Source: Candidatus Zhuqueibacterota bacterium
GTDB taxonomy: Bacteria > Zhuqueibacterota > Zhuqueibacteria > Oceanimicrobiales > Oceanimicrobiaceae
Reading direction: 5' to 3'
Assembly: GCA_029262005.1 (NCBI GenBank)
Contig: JAJDAG010000038.1
Location: forward strand, 180-64,179
DNA: 64,000 nt
Part shown: positions 49,568 to 59,511 of the stretch, in pieces
Layout: every line of letters begins with the position of its first letter
Position numbering within the stretch: position 1 is the first letter of the stretch
The notes under the pieces: generated by a model
Seen by the model: only the letters and a program-made list of their open reading frames with translations
Told to the model about the DNA's origin: nothing
Database searches by the model: none
Program-made: the position numbers and the translations under genes

Positions 49568-51076
49568 TCAGTTATTCAAAGCAAAACCACGGCGGTCTTT
49601 GCGGCACTTTTCTTCCTCAATCAGTTTTATCAAGCCGGCTTGGAGTGATTGTTCGGCCAAAGGCCACAAATCAACATTGACATCGTTGTACACAGTCTGA
49701 ACCAGTTTTTTTATTGCTTGTGGTTTGCGTGTTAGTGAAGTCAGTATTTTGTCTTCGCGTTCCTGTCTGTGTTTGATGAAATGTTGTACCAGGAGTTTGC
49801 CTGTTTTCACAGCAGAACCGTGACTGGGATATATCGTCCCATCCGTGATGGTTTCGAGAAATTGCAGCGAGCGCATGTAAGTTGCCATGTGCCCCTCAGG
49901 TGGTGCAATTATGATTGTTGAGAGAGTGGAGAGCAGGTCCCCGGCGATGACGGCGCCATAGCGGCTTTCCCGAAATGTAAGGTGACCGGCTGCATGTCCC
50001 GGCGTGTGATAAATGTTCAATTTCCACTCAGGTTCGCCATCCGGGGTTTTACCCAGCTCTAATTCATCGCCATGGTTAAGGGGCCGTTCAAAGTCGATAT
50101 CGGTAAGGTGAGCGATCGTGTTTTTATGCGCGAAAACAGGCAGTCCGTACTTTTCCTGGCATGCCGACACAGCACCAACATGATCAGCGTGATGATGCGT
50201 GAGGAGAATCCCTTTCAACTGCCTGCCTTCAGCAACTCGTTTTTCCAGATAATCCCAAAGGCGCTGTTGTTCAGCAGGTTCCGTCGGGGCAGGGTCGATG
50301 ATGTAGAGTTGTTCATCTCCAACAAGATAGCAGTTCGTGTGGGTCGCCGGGGCCAATGTCCGGGTTTTTAATGGCAGCATGTGCACGCCCGGAGTAAAAT
50401 AGATTTCGTGAATCGCACCTTGCTTGTACGCCTCCGCCTGGACCCTGACGCTGTGAATGCAATGCTCCCAGGTTTGCCCAAGAAGCTCGCGCAGCATAAA
50501 GATGACCGGTGGAACAATAGACATTTCACCCTTTTGCCACAGGTTGAATGCGCGCTCGGCAGTATAAAAATCACCGCTGATCAGCTCCCCCTCGAGTATG
50601 GTTGGCTCTTGTCCTGCAGGCATTTGCACCTTATAAAATTGTGTGTCATAACGAATTGGCGCAAATTCGGGTGTCAGCAGCGATACCACAAAGTGAAAAT
50701 CTCGTGCATCAATTACCAGGCCCTCTTGCTGTAGAATTTCATTGAACCCTAGTTCTTCAGACAGTAAGTCTTTGCGGTACAGTGCCAGACGTTCTGCTGA
50801 AATAGCGGCCGAAGCACGCGCGAGAAGTACGCCGGTTTCTTCGAAAGTTTCCCTGACAGCAGCGGCTATGTACGGCAATGACTCCGCTGGTACGGCTTCA
50901 CTGTGTTCAATCCTTACTTCCTTGTCCGGCAAATCAAGGGTACCGCCGGGATAGGCAAAATAGCCACCAAAAAATTTTAGCTTCGGGTTACGCTCAACCA
51001 GGTATATTTTTTTTGGGTCGCTTCTGTGGGTCAGGATAATAGTGACTGCTTTGCGTTCAGCCATATAAGCATCCAT
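49568..51076 (-). CDS. NUDIX hydrolase fused to LACTB2-like metallo-beta-lactamase and winged helix
   Basis: 'YPGG...AAVRETFEETG'; 'LTHHHADHVG', 'TPGHAAGH', 'AGD', 'PSHG'. Confidence 0.9.
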   Translation of the reverse strand: MDAYMAERKAVTIILTHRSDPKKIYLVERNPKLKFFGGYFAYPGGTLDLPDKEVRIEHSEAVPAESLPYIAAAVRETFEETGVLLARASAAISAERLALYRKDLLSEELGFNEILQQEGLVIDARDFHFVVSLLTPEFAPIRYDTQFYKVQMPAGQEPTILEGELISGDFYTAERAFNLWQKGEMSIVPPVIFMLRELLGQTWEHCIHSVRVQAEAYKQGAIHEIYFTPGVHMLPLKTRTLAPATHTNCYLVGDEQLYIIDPAPTEPAEQQRLWDYLEKRVAEGRQLKGILLTHHHADHVGAVSACQEKYGLPVFAHKNTIAHLTDIDFERPLNHGDELELGKTPDGEPEWKLNIYHTPGHAAGHLTFRESRYGAVIAGDLLSTLSTIIIAPPEGHMATYMRSLQFLETITDGTIYPSHGSAVKTGKLLVQHFIKHRQEREDKILTSLTRKPQAIKKLVQTVYNDVNVDLWPLAEQSLQAGLIKLIEEEKCRKDRRGFALNN

Positions 51077-51176
51077 GTTTTTTTGAAGTAATGTAATAAA
51101 TATTGTTGCTCGTGGTTTGTAGAAAAAGGTGATGATGAATATAGAATAAAAGGAGCAAATGAAAAGGGGAAAATGA

Positions 51177-51205
51177 TTGACTTTAACAATGTCAGCATAT
51201 ATATT
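51177..51205 (+). promoter_or_regulatory. sigma70 promoter
   Basis: TTGACT-N17-TATATT. Confidence 0.7.
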
Positions 51206-51211
51206 AAAACT

Positions 51212-51430
51212 AATTCCTAAAGCCGGGTATTTAACCAGGGGAATGCCGGGTGATTGTTGTAACGCCCTGAAAAAGGAGGTGATTCTATTTCTAGCAAATT
51301 AGATATAGAGACCTCCGCAAGAACCTGCTAAACCAGTTGGTCAATCAATCGATCTGAAGCTAAATAGGAAAGCAAAGTTCTTCGGAGTTTTCTGAACGGT
51401 ATAGCCCCGCTATTTGGCGGGGCTTTTTTT
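51212..51430 (+). ncRNA. Candidate structured small RNA (or sORF mRNA), family not recognised
   Basis: Bounded by a promoter and an intrinsic terminator; several predicted helices; extended SD AAAGGAGGTGATTC with no canonical start codon at normal spacing. Confidence 0.6.
51403..51430 (+). terminator. Rho-independent terminator
   Basis: AGCCCCGC...GCGGGGCT followed by TTTTTT. Confidence 0.88.
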
Positions 51431-51572
51431 GTTTGATCAATTTATAACATAGTTTCCGTGAGTTGAACTGAGATATAAACAAAAAAATGCTTTATTTTGT
51501 AACATCATCTCGATATATTAACCTTCTTTTTAAGGTGTTCTGTTATTGAATTTTGCTTGTTAATCTGGAGAA

Positions 51573-52079
51573 TTGGAAATGATCAACAAAAATGTAGAAG
51601 AAGCCCTGAATGTGCAAGTTCAAGCCGAGTTTTCTTCGGCCTATCTGTATCTTTCAATGGCAGCCTATTGCGAATCAATAAGCCTGCCCGGCTTTGCGCA
51701 TTGGATGCGTTTGCAACATGAGGAAGAGACTGCACACGCATTGCGGTTGTTTAATTTTGTCATCGATCGCGGTGGTCATATTGATTTGCGTGCCATAGAA
51801 AAACCGGTAGGATCTTTTGAGTCACCGCACAAAATGTTTGATGAAGTTTTGGCGCATGAGCAGTTGATAACGGAAAAGATTCACAATTTGTATGCGCTAT
51901 CGGTTAAGGAAAACGATTATCCGACTCAGGTTGAAATGCAGTGGTTCATTAGTGAGCAGGTTGAAGAAGAAAAGAATGCGGGTGGCATTGTTGAGCAGTT
52001 AAAATTTGTCGGTGACAGCAGCTCGGCGCTGTTAATGCTCGATAGAGAAATGGGAGTCCGCCTGACAGAGGCCAAGTAG
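51573..52079 (+). CDS. ftnA: Non-haem ferritin
   Basis: 'EFSSAYLYLSMA', 'EEETAHA', 'HEQLIT', 'QWFISEQVEEE'. Confidence 0.93.
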   Translation: MEMINKNVEEALNVQVQAEFSSAYLYLSMAAYCESISLPGFAHWMRLQHEEETAHALRLFNFVIDRGGHIDLRAIEKPVGSFESPHKMFDEVLAHEQLITEKIHNLYALSVKENDYPTQVEMQWFISEQVEEEKNAGGIVEQLKFVGDSSSALLMLDREMGVRLTEAK

Positions 52080-52309
52080 GGATAGCCTCTAAGTGTATTC
52101 TGTAAAAACGGATGCAGAGTTTTTATAGATTGAGGTACAGTATTTTTTGGCATGAAAGGCCATTTCATACGTCAAAAGAAGCCGCTAACATTTTATAAAG
52201 TATACAATTGACCATACTGAAAGGTCTTGCTTGCTGTAACTCAAGGTGACGAAATCCAACACCCAATCTTTCAATATAGATAAGACTTGAGTCTATGGAG
52301 AATTAAATA

Positions 52310-53059
52310 ATGATCAAACTTGTATTGCTCAGACATGGTGAAAGCCAGTGGAACAAAGAGAATAGATTTACCGGCTGGAAAGATGTCGATTTGTCTGCAA
52401 AAGGTGTTGAAGAAGCAAGGGCAGCCGGCCGGATTCTCAAGGAAAAAGGATTTGTTTTTGACATTGCTTTTACTTCGCTCTTGAAGCGTGCTATTAAGAC
52501 GCTGTGGCTGTCGCTTGAGGAGCTTGAGCAAATGTGGATTCCTGTGCATCGTTCCTGGCGTTTGAACGAACGCCATTATGGAGCCTTGCAGGGACTCAAC
52601 AAGGCGGAAACTGCAGCAAAATATGGAGATGAGCAGGTACTCATCTGGCGTCGTAGTTATGATACGCCACCACCAGCGCTGGAGAAATCCGATAAGCATT
52701 ATCCTGGCCATGACCCACGTTATGCTAGTTTAAGCGAACATGATTTGCCGGTGGCAGAGTGTTTGAAAGATACGGTTGAGCGTTTTCTGCCCTACTGGTA
52801 CGATACCATGGCCCCGACCGTTCGCCAGGGTAAACGTGTCCTCATTGCCGCACATGGAAACAGCCTGCGTGCTCTGGTGAAATATCTTGATGAAGTTTCG
52901 GATGAGGAAATCGTCGGCTTAAATATACCAACTGGTATGCCGTTGGTATATGAACTTAATGATGCCCTGAAACCGCTTAATAAATACTATCTTGGCGATC
53001 CGGAGAAAGTAAAAAAAGCTATGGATGCAGTGGCCCGGCAAGGGCAGGCCAAAGGTTAG
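52310..53059 (+). CDS. gpmA: 2,3-bisphosphoglycerate-dependent phosphoglycerate mutase
   Basis: '[17 protein letters not shown]', '[11 protein letters not shown]', 'AHGNSLR', 'NIPTG'. Confidence 0.97.
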   Translation: MIKLVLLRHGESQWNKENRFTGWKDVDLSAKGVEEARAAGRILKEKGFVFDIAFTSLLKRAIKTLWLSLEELEQMWIPVHRSWRLNERHYGALQGLNKAETAAKYGDEQVLIWRRSYDTPPPALEKSDKHYPGHDPRYASLSEHDLPVAECLKDTVERFLPYWYDTMAPTVRQGKRVLIAAHGNSLRALVKYLDEVSDEEIVGLNIPTGMPLVYELNDALKPLNKYYLGDPEKVKKAMDAVARQGQAKG

Positions 53060-53104
53060 TATGCGACTTTTCAACCGATTTTTACTGCACCACAGCATGG
53101 TTAA

Positions 53105-53896
53105 TTGATGTCAGGTGACTATCAATCTTCATTGTTTTTCTGGACTTTTGCGACCGGTGTCGTGAGCGCTTTGGCTACCGGACTGGGAGCGATCCCGGTG
53201 GCATTTATCAGCAGCAGCTCGAAGTGGATGCGTGCATTCTCCGGGGCTATTGCTGCCGGCATGATGATTTCCGCCTCTGTATTTTCATTGGCTCAGGAAG
53301 GGATTGCACTCAAAGCCACAAGACCATCAGCGCCTTACGAAGTGATTTTGGGCTTGATGCTCGGGGCTGGATTTTTTTGGCTTGTTGAGAAGAGGCTAAG
53401 CGGCCGTGAGTTTGAATGGGCTAAGTTCAGCGGCGATTCTTCAAAGCGCAGTTTCTTGATTTTTTTGGCCATGTTCATTCATTCTTTTCCAGAAGGCGTG
53501 GCCATCGGTGTTGGATTTGCTACCGGAGATTTTAATTTCGGCCTTCTCATGGCCATCGCTATTTCAGTTCATAACATCCCGGAAGGTATGGCGATTTCAC
53601 TGCCGCTGCGCACAGAGGGAGCTACTTTCGGCAAGTGCTTTTGGATGTCTGTTCTCTCAAGCGTTCCGCAACCCCTGGCGGCTGTACCCGCCGCTTTTGC
53701 AGTTTGGCTATTTCGACCGTTGCTCGCAACGGGCCTCGGATTCGCTGGTGGCGCAATGATTTATCTTGTTGTGCTTGAGCTAATTCCGGAAGCGCTTGAA
53801 GAGGGTGGCAGGTCACTAACTGCATGGGGCGTCATGGTTGGCCTGGGAGGCATGTTGTTGATTACGACACTGCTGGGGATGATTGAAGTGTCGTGA
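53105..53896 (+). CDS. ZIP (ZupT/GufA) family metal transporter
   Basis: 'IHSFPEGVAIG', 'AISVHNIPEG', 'AGGAMIYLVVLELIPE'. Confidence 0.92.
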   Translation: MMSGDYQSSLFFWTFATGVVSALATGLGAIPVAFISSSSKWMRAFSGAIAAGMMISASVFSLAQEGIALKATRPSAPYEVILGLMLGAGFFWLVEKRLSGREFEWAKFSGDSSKRSFLIFLAMFIHSFPEGVAIGVGFATGDFNFGLLMAIAISVHNIPEGMAISLPLRTEGATFGKCFWMSVLSSVPQPLAAVPAAFAVWLFRPLLATGLGFAGGAMIYLVVLELIPEALEEGGRSLTAWGVMVGLGGMLLITTLLGMIEVS

Positions 53897-53954
53897 ACAC
53901 GAAAAATCGACCTCATTGATCACATGAAGCATCGGTCTTACAAAGTGAAAACAG

Positions 53955-53995
53955 AGCCCCTTTCAGGATTTTTCTATTACCCGGAGGGGCTTTTT
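53955..53995 (+). terminator. Intrinsic terminator after gpmA-ZIP
   Basis: AGCCCCT/AGGGGCT stem followed by a T-run. Confidence 0.55.
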
Positions 53996-54039
53996 CTGTC
54001 CTCATTTTCTGTCGCGCCAAGCGCCAATGTTGGATAATA

Positions 54040-55140
54040 ATGAATACTCTGCATAAATTGGTTTTCACTGACTCAAGAAACCTGTCAACCATTGAAACAG
54101 AATCAATTGATTTGGTTGTGACTTCACCGCCTTATCCCATGATTGAAATGTGGGATGCCTTATTTGCTGAACTAAACTCGGATATTGGTAGTGCGATAGC
54201 TGAGTCTGATGGAAAATCAGCATTCAATTTGATGCATGCCGAGCTGGACAAAGTGTGGCTTGAGCTGGAACGAATCGTTCGGCCCAGTGGGTTTGTTTGT
54301 ATCAATATCGGTGATGCAACAAGAACGCTTGGCGATGAATTTGGTCTTTATTCGAATCATTCGCGCATTATTAACAGCATGACTAAAATGTCGTTTTGTG
54401 CGCTCCCACTTATTCTCTGGCGCAAAACGACCAATGCACCCACCAAATTTATGGGTTCCGGTATGCTGCCCGCAGGCGCTTATGTGACTCTTGAACATGA
54501 GTACATTTTGATTTTTCGCAAAGGTGGCAAGCGGCATTTTAAGACTGAGGAAGAAAAGGGTTGCAGGAATGCAAGCGCCTTATTTTGGGAAGAACGCAAC
54601 AAATGGTTTTCCGATTTGTGGGATTTGAGCGGCGTTAGACAGACATTGAATAATTCGAAATTGCGAGAGCGAAGCGCTGCTTATCCGTTTGAGTTATCTT
54701 ACCGGTTGATAAATATGTATTCAGTAAAGGGAGACATGGTTTTAGACCCTTTTCTCGGCACCGGCACGACCATGTTTTCGGCCATGGCTTCTGAGAGAAA
54801 CAGCATCGGCGTTGAATATGATTCTGACTTCAAAAATACAATTATTGAGAATATGGGGGCTGTTGCAAGGACTGCGAATCAGCGTATGTTGCAACGGCTA
54901 CGCGAGCACCAGGCCTTTATGGATGACTATATCAAATTGAAAGGGGAACCAAAATATAAGAACAACCATTTGGGTTTTCCCGTTGTCGCCAGACAAGAGC
55001 GGGAGATGCTGCTGTCCACGATTGCCAAATGCAAGTTCGATGGTGAGTCATCTTTTGCTGTGGAATACAAAAAAGTTGACATGGCGAATCTGAATTCAAA
55101 TAGCGACGTAACAATTCAAGGGGACGTACAGGCGGTGTAA
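54040..55140 (+). CDS. Orphan beta-class N4-cytosine/N6-adenine DNA methyltransferase
   Basis: Catalytic 'TSPPY' precedes the SAM-binding 'DPFLGTGTT'; no endonuclease adjacent. Confidence 0.9.
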   Translation: MNTLHKLVFTDSRNLSTIETESIDLVVTSPPYPMIEMWDALFAELNSDIGSAIAESDGKSAFNLMHAELDKVWLELERIVRPSGFVCINIGDATRTLGDEFGLYSNHSRIINSMTKMSFCALPLILWRKTTNAPTKFMGSGMLPAGAYVTLEHEYILIFRKGGKRHFKTEEEKGCRNASALFWEERNKWFSDLWDLSGVRQTLNNSKLRERSAAYPFELSYRLINMYSVKGDMVLDPFLGTGTTMFSAMASERNSIGVEYDSDFKNTIIENMGAVARTANQRMLQRLREHQAFMDDYIKLKGEPKYKNNHLGFPVVARQEREMLLSTIAKCKFDGESSFAVEYKKVDMANLNSNSDVTIQGDVQAV

Positions 55141-55166
55141 CAGAGTTTGTTCTAATCGCCCTGGTG

Positions 55167-56726
55167 TCACAACAAGTATTCCTTCGCCAACTCCACATAG
55201 GCGCTCAGTTGCTCCTTTTCCCAGTCCACATCTTTTTTCAGTTCTGCGCTCATCATTCTGGCAACATCGGGTGCGATGGCCATGCTCGCACGTGCATCTA
55301 ATAGCAGTGCCCGGGTGCGGCGCGCCAGTACATCTTCAAGGGTTCGGGCCATTTCGTGACGGACGGCCCAAATCACTTCTGCTTTGATGTAAGGTAAATT
55401 TGCATGCAGTTTTTTCCCCAGTTCAGACTCAGTCTGAATGAGCCTGCGAATATGGCCCGAGTCGCTGCCATAATATTGCAAAGGGTCGTCTTCTCGAACA
55501 TGATTGGTCCAACCGTGGATTTTCATGGTCTCGGTTTTACTGGGCCTGGGTGTAATGCAAGCGACCATGCATGCGTGATTAATGGCATCCTCGCCCATTT
55601 TTCGATAGGTTGTCCATTTGCCGCCGGTAATGGTCACCAGTCCCGAGCGTGAAGTCAGAATGGTGTGGTCCCGGGAAATGGCTGCGGTGTTTTTTTCGTC
55701 ATTTGCTCTGACTAGGGGGCGGAGGCCGGCAAAAGCGCTGAGTACATCTTTTCTTTGTGGATCTTTGGTTAAATACTGTGCCGCATGTTTAAGAATAAAC
55801 TCGACTTCCTCATCCAATGGGCGCGGCTCAAGCGATGGCTTGTCGATTGGCGTGTCTGTGGTACCAACGACCACGCGGTTGCGCCACGGCACAGCAAACA
55901 ACACGCGGCCATCTTCGGTGTGTGGCACCATAACCGCTGATTCGCCCGGCAGAAAAGATTTGTCCAACACCAGGTGTACGCCTTGACTCGGTGCGATGAT
56001 GGGCTTTGCGTCAGGGTCGTCCATTTGCAGAATGCTGTCGGTAAACACACCAGTGGCATTTACGACAACGGCGGCGTGGATTTCAAATTCCTTCCCCGAT
56101 TCAAGGTCTGTCGCCACAACGCCATTGGTAACATTTTGGCTTTTCAGCAAGCTTTGAACCGGCATGTAGTTAATGGCCGTTCCACCCGCTTCGAGCAGAG
56201 TTTGGGCCAGATTTATGGCCAGGCGAGAATCGTCGAATTGACCATCATAATAAATCACGCCTCCATGTAGCCCTTCGGGTTCCAGCGTTGGAATTTGTTC
56301 CAGCGTTTCCTCCCGCGAGAGAATTTTGGAGGGCCTGAGGCCAAGTTTACCTGCGAGCATGTCATAAACTTTGAGGCCGATGCCGTAGAAAGGGCCCTCC
56401 CACCAATCATAGGTCGGCACAATAAATGACTGGTGCCGCACAAGGTGGGGTGCGTTGTCAATAAGCAGGCCGCGCTCATGCAGCGCTTCCAGCACCAGCG
56501 AAATATTGCCTTGCTGGAGGTAGCGCACGCCACCGTGAATCAGTTTGGTGCTGCGGCTTGAGGTGCCTTTGGCAAAGTCGTGCCGTTCCAGAAGCAGTGT
56601 TTTAAAGCCTCGGGATGCCGCTTCAAGAGCAGTACCAAGCCCTGTGGCACCACCTCCGATTACAATAAAATCCCAGTTTTCGGAGGACATGTCCTGCAGC
56701 ATTTCAAGTTGTTGGTTGCGGTTCAT
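55167..56726 (-). CDS. glpD: FAD-dependent glycerol-3-phosphate dehydrogenase
   Basis: 'IGGGATG', 'GTSSRSTKLIHGGVRYL', 'FAGLRPL', 'TGGKWTTYR'. Confidence 0.95.
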   Translation of the reverse strand: MNRNQQLEMLQDMSSENWDFIVIGGGATGLGTALEAASRGFKTLLLERHDFAKGTSSRSTKLIHGGVRYLQQGNISLVLEALHERGLLIDNAPHLVRHQSFIVPTYDWWEGPFYGIGLKVYDMLAGKLGLRPSKILSREETLEQIPTLEPEGLHGGVIYYDGQFDDSRLAINLAQTLLEAGGTAINYMPVQSLLKSQNVTNGVVATDLESGKEFEIHAAVVVNATGVFTDSILQMDDPDAKPIIAPSQGVHLVLDKSFLPGESAVMVPHTEDGRVLFAVPWRNRVVVGTTDTPIDKPSLEPRPLDEEVEFILKHAAQYLTKDPQRKDVLSAFAGLRPLVRANDEKNTAAISRDHTILTSRSGLVTITGGKWTTYRKMGEDAINHACMVACITPRPSKTETMKIHGWTNHVREDDPLQYYGSDSGHIRRLIQTESELGKKLHANLPYIKAEVIWAVRHEMARTLEDVLARRTRALLLDARASMAIAPDVARMMSAELKKDVDWEKEQLSAYVELAKEYLL

Positions 56727-56798
56727 TTTCTATATTTTGATTTGGGGTTGAGCCAGCTGATATTTGTTTGATTATTGTTTGCGAATTATCGACCCACG

Positions 56799-57398
56799 CT
56801 AAAAAATGAGCACAGGACGATCAAGCGGATTGATTTCTAGTTCCGGCGGCACACCGAAATATTCATTCATAAAGCCGCCAATTTCTCCGAGAGTCTCATT
56901 GGATAGAAGTTGCATCATTTCATCCATGGCCTCGCCGCCAATCATGAACGGCATATAGGCAAAAATCAATTGCGTGCCATCACACTGACAGTAAAGTTGA
57001 TACTCTGAGAATTCATGTGCTCTTTTCCCCTTAATAATGCAGTGTGACAGCCATTCTTTTGGGTCAAACTCTTCGGCCGCGATTAAACGTTCTCGTCGTT
57101 GGACAAGATCGACCCTCTCAGCAAAATAGATGTCGATGCGTGCGCGGGATGTGTCGGAGATTTTTCCTCTGAACTTCTCCACACAGGCAAAACACATGGC
57201 ATACTCAAATATGGTATCTGTAGTGTTGAAATCTTTGTAATTCTTTACGGCCTTTTCAATGATGTAAAGCGTCCCTGGTGTGAGCAGGTCACATTTACAG
57301 AGCAGGCAGCTTGAAAAAGGTTTGCCCGTTGCGTCGGAGTAAAGCTCCGGCGGAATATCGGCGTATTCGCTTGTGATGTAAAGATCCGGTAGTTTCAT
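56799..57398 (-). CDS. Hypothetical Cys-rich protein inside the glp operon
   Basis: CLLC, CFAC and HC...CQC motifs; starts 5 nt after the glpK stop. Confidence 0.75.
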   Translation of the reverse strand: MKLPDLYITSEYADIPPELYSDATGKPFSSCLLCKCDLLTPGTLYIIEKAVKNYKDFNTTDTIFEYAMCFACVEKFRGKISDTSRARIDIYFAERVDLVQRRERLIAAEEFDPKEWLSHCIIKGKRAHEFSEYQLYCQCDGTQLIFAYMPFMIGGEAMDEMMQLLSNETLGEIGGFMNEYFGVPPELEINPLDRPVLIF

Positions 57399-57403
57399 TT
57401 TAG

Positions 57404-58957
57404 TTAACCTGAGTTAGTCCAACCTTTTGCGCGTTCAAGGGCCGCATGCCATGACCGGGTTAGTCGGTCAATATCCCCCTGTTTCATACCACAATGAAAT
57501 TCACTTTCCTTTTGCCATTGCTGTTGAACGGCATCCAGATCTTGCCAAAATCCCACTGCCAGTCCGGCAAAATAAGCGGCGCCAAGGGCCGTTGTTTCAG
57601 AAATCTGAGGACGGATTACCGGCACGCCAAGTATGTCTGCTTGAAATTGCATGAGCATGTTATTAGCCGTGGCACCACCGTCCACACGCAGTTGTTCTAT
57701 TTTAATACCGGAGTCGGCTTCCATGGCACAAAGGACATCTCTGGTTTGAAAGGCGATGCCTTCGAGCGCGGCCCTGGCAATGTGCCCGGACGTTGTGCCG
57801 CGGGTCAGGCCAACGATGGTGCCGCGGGCAAATTGATCCCAATGCGGTGCGCCGAGACCAGTAAATGCCGGTACTAGAAAAACGTCACCATTGTTTTTGA
57901 CAGTGTTGGCTAACGCCTCAATTTCTGCTGAGGATTTGATTATTCCCAGGCCATCCCGCAACCATTGAACAACTGCACCGCCGATGAAAACACTGCCTTC
58001 CAGGGCGTAAGTGACTTTGTCATTTCTTTGCCAGGCAATGGTGGTGAGCAGGTTGTTTTTGGAGGCAACCGCTTTTTCACCTGTATTCATGACGATGAAA
58101 CAGCCGGTGCCGTAGGTGTTTTTTAACATGCCTGGTTCGGTACACATTTGCCCGAACAACGCGGCTTGTTGATCACCCGCCACTCCGGAGATTGGCGTTG
58201 CGGCACCCATGAATTCGGAGTCAGCTTCGGCATAAAATTCACTGCAGGAACGAACTTCCGGCAGCATGTTTTTCGGGATGTTGAGCAACGTGAGCAGCTC
58301 GTGGTCCCACGCACATGTGTGAATATTAAAAAGCATGGTTCGGCTGGCATTGGTGATATCGGTGGCGTGGCATTTACCTTTTGTGAGGTTCCATATCAGC
58401 CAGCTGTCGATGGTGCCGAAAGCAAGTTCGCCTGCTTCTGCTTGAGCGCGGGCGCCCCGGACATTGTCCAGAATCCACCTTATTTTGGTTGCAGAAAAAT
58501 ACGCATCGAGAATCAGGCCGGTTTTTTGTTGAATCAGCGGGGCAATCCCGTCTGCTTTGAGTTGCTGGCAAAATTCAGCCGTGCGTCTATCCTGCCAGAC
58601 AATGGCGTTCGAAATGGGCTTGCCGGTTTTTCGTTCCCAAATGACGGTGGTTTCCCGTTGATTGGTGATGCCGATGGCCGCGATTTCAGCCGCTTCAATA
58701 TTGGCAGTGACAACTGCCTCTTTTGCCACAGCAGCCTGTGTTGTCCAGATTTCCGTCGCATCGTGTTCCACCCAGCCGGGCTGTGGGAAATATTGCTGAA
58801 ATTCCTGTTGTGCAATCGAAACAATGTTGCCTGAGTGGTCAAATAGAATGGCGCGCGAACTGGTCGTTCCCTGGTCGAGAGCAAGAATGTGTTTTTTTAA
58901 TGTCACTTTCACAGATTCCTTTTGCTTTAAGTTAGTGATCACAAAATTAAATGTCAC
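57404..58957 (-). CDS. glpK: Glycerol kinase (true start probably a few codons downstream)
   Basis: '[10 protein letters not shown]', 'GITNQRET', 'WQDRRT', '[10 protein letters not shown]', 'KNTYGTG', 'VDGGA'. Confidence 0.97.
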   Translation of the reverse strand: MTFNFVITNLKQKESVKVTLKKHILALDQGTTSSRAILFDHSGNIVSIAQQEFQQYFPQPGWVEHDATEIWTTQAAVAKEAVVTANIEAAEIAAIGITNQRETTVIWERKTGKPISNAIVWQDRRTAEFCQQLKADGIAPLIQQKTGLILDAYFSATKIRWILDNVRGARAQAEAGELAFGTIDSWLIWNLTKGKCHATDITNASRTMLFNIHTCAWDHELLTLLNIPKNMLPEVRSCSEFYAEADSEFMGAATPISGVAGDQQAALFGQMCTEPGMLKNTYGTGCFIVMNTGEKAVASKNNLLTTIAWQRNDKVTYALEGSVFIGGAVVQWLRDGLGIIKSSAEIEALANTVKNNGDVFLVPAFTGLGAPHWDQFARGTIVGLTRGTTSGHIARAALEGIAFQTRDVLCAMEADSGIKIEQLRVDGGATANNMLMQFQADILGVPVIRPQISETTALGAAYFAGLAVGFWQDLDAVQQQWQKESEFHCGMKQGDIDRLTRSWHAALERAKGWTNSG

Positions 58958-59030
58958 TATAAATAATGTTTGAAATCTGTAAAAAATTGGCTATTATGCC
59001 ATTTGAATTTCTGACTGGAGCAGGGAGACT

Positions 59031-59468
59031 ATGTTGACAAATGTCTTGTTTTTTGTAATGGCCGTAATGGTTTCAATCTATGTGATTTTACCGATTGTGC
59101 AGGCTCGCACCGGAGCATTGCGCAAAACTTCACATAAGGGCAATCATCGTGCAGCCGACCTGGAGGATAGAAAGAATTCTATTTACAGTGCGATCAAGGA
59201 AATTGAGTTTGATTACCAAATGGGCAAACTTTCTGAAGAGGATTATGATGAGTTGCGTCAGCAGTATAAAAACGATGCGGTTGGCCTCATGAAGCAGTTG
59301 GACAAAGTTGCGCCGAAGGCTGCTGTTGGCAAGAAAGGCACCCGTCAGGCTGCCGGCAAAAAGAGCAATGGGGCCGTAGAATTCTGTTGGCTTTGTGGCA
59401 CAAATGTCACAGCAGACGACCATTTTTGTCCTCAGTGTGGTAATACACTTGGAGAGGTTTCAAACTGA
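59031..59468 (+). CDS. CcmI-N-terminal-like membrane-anchored protein with C-terminal zinc ribbon
   Basis: TM helix; 'IKEIEFDYQMGKLSEEDY'; 'CWLCG...FCPQCG'. Confidence 0.75.
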   Translation: MLTNVLFFVMAVMVSIYVILPIVQARTGALRKTSHKGNHRAADLEDRKNSIYSAIKEIEFDYQMGKLSEEDYDELRQQYKNDAVGLMKQLDKVAPKAAVGKKGTRQAAGKKSNGAVEFCWLCGTNVTADDHFCPQCGNTLGEVSN

Positions 59469-59511
59469 GTGCCTGGTGCCTCCGGACCGATAAAGTTCGG
59501 AGGGAGAGTCA

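Noticed and set aside
53744-53751. E. coli Chi sequence GCTGGTGG
   Set aside because: One noticed occurrence is expected by chance, and Chi sequences are lineage-specific.
16109-55140. AAA ATPase and methyltransferase as one defence system
   Set aside because: They are ~37 kb apart with housekeeping genes between them and no shared partners.
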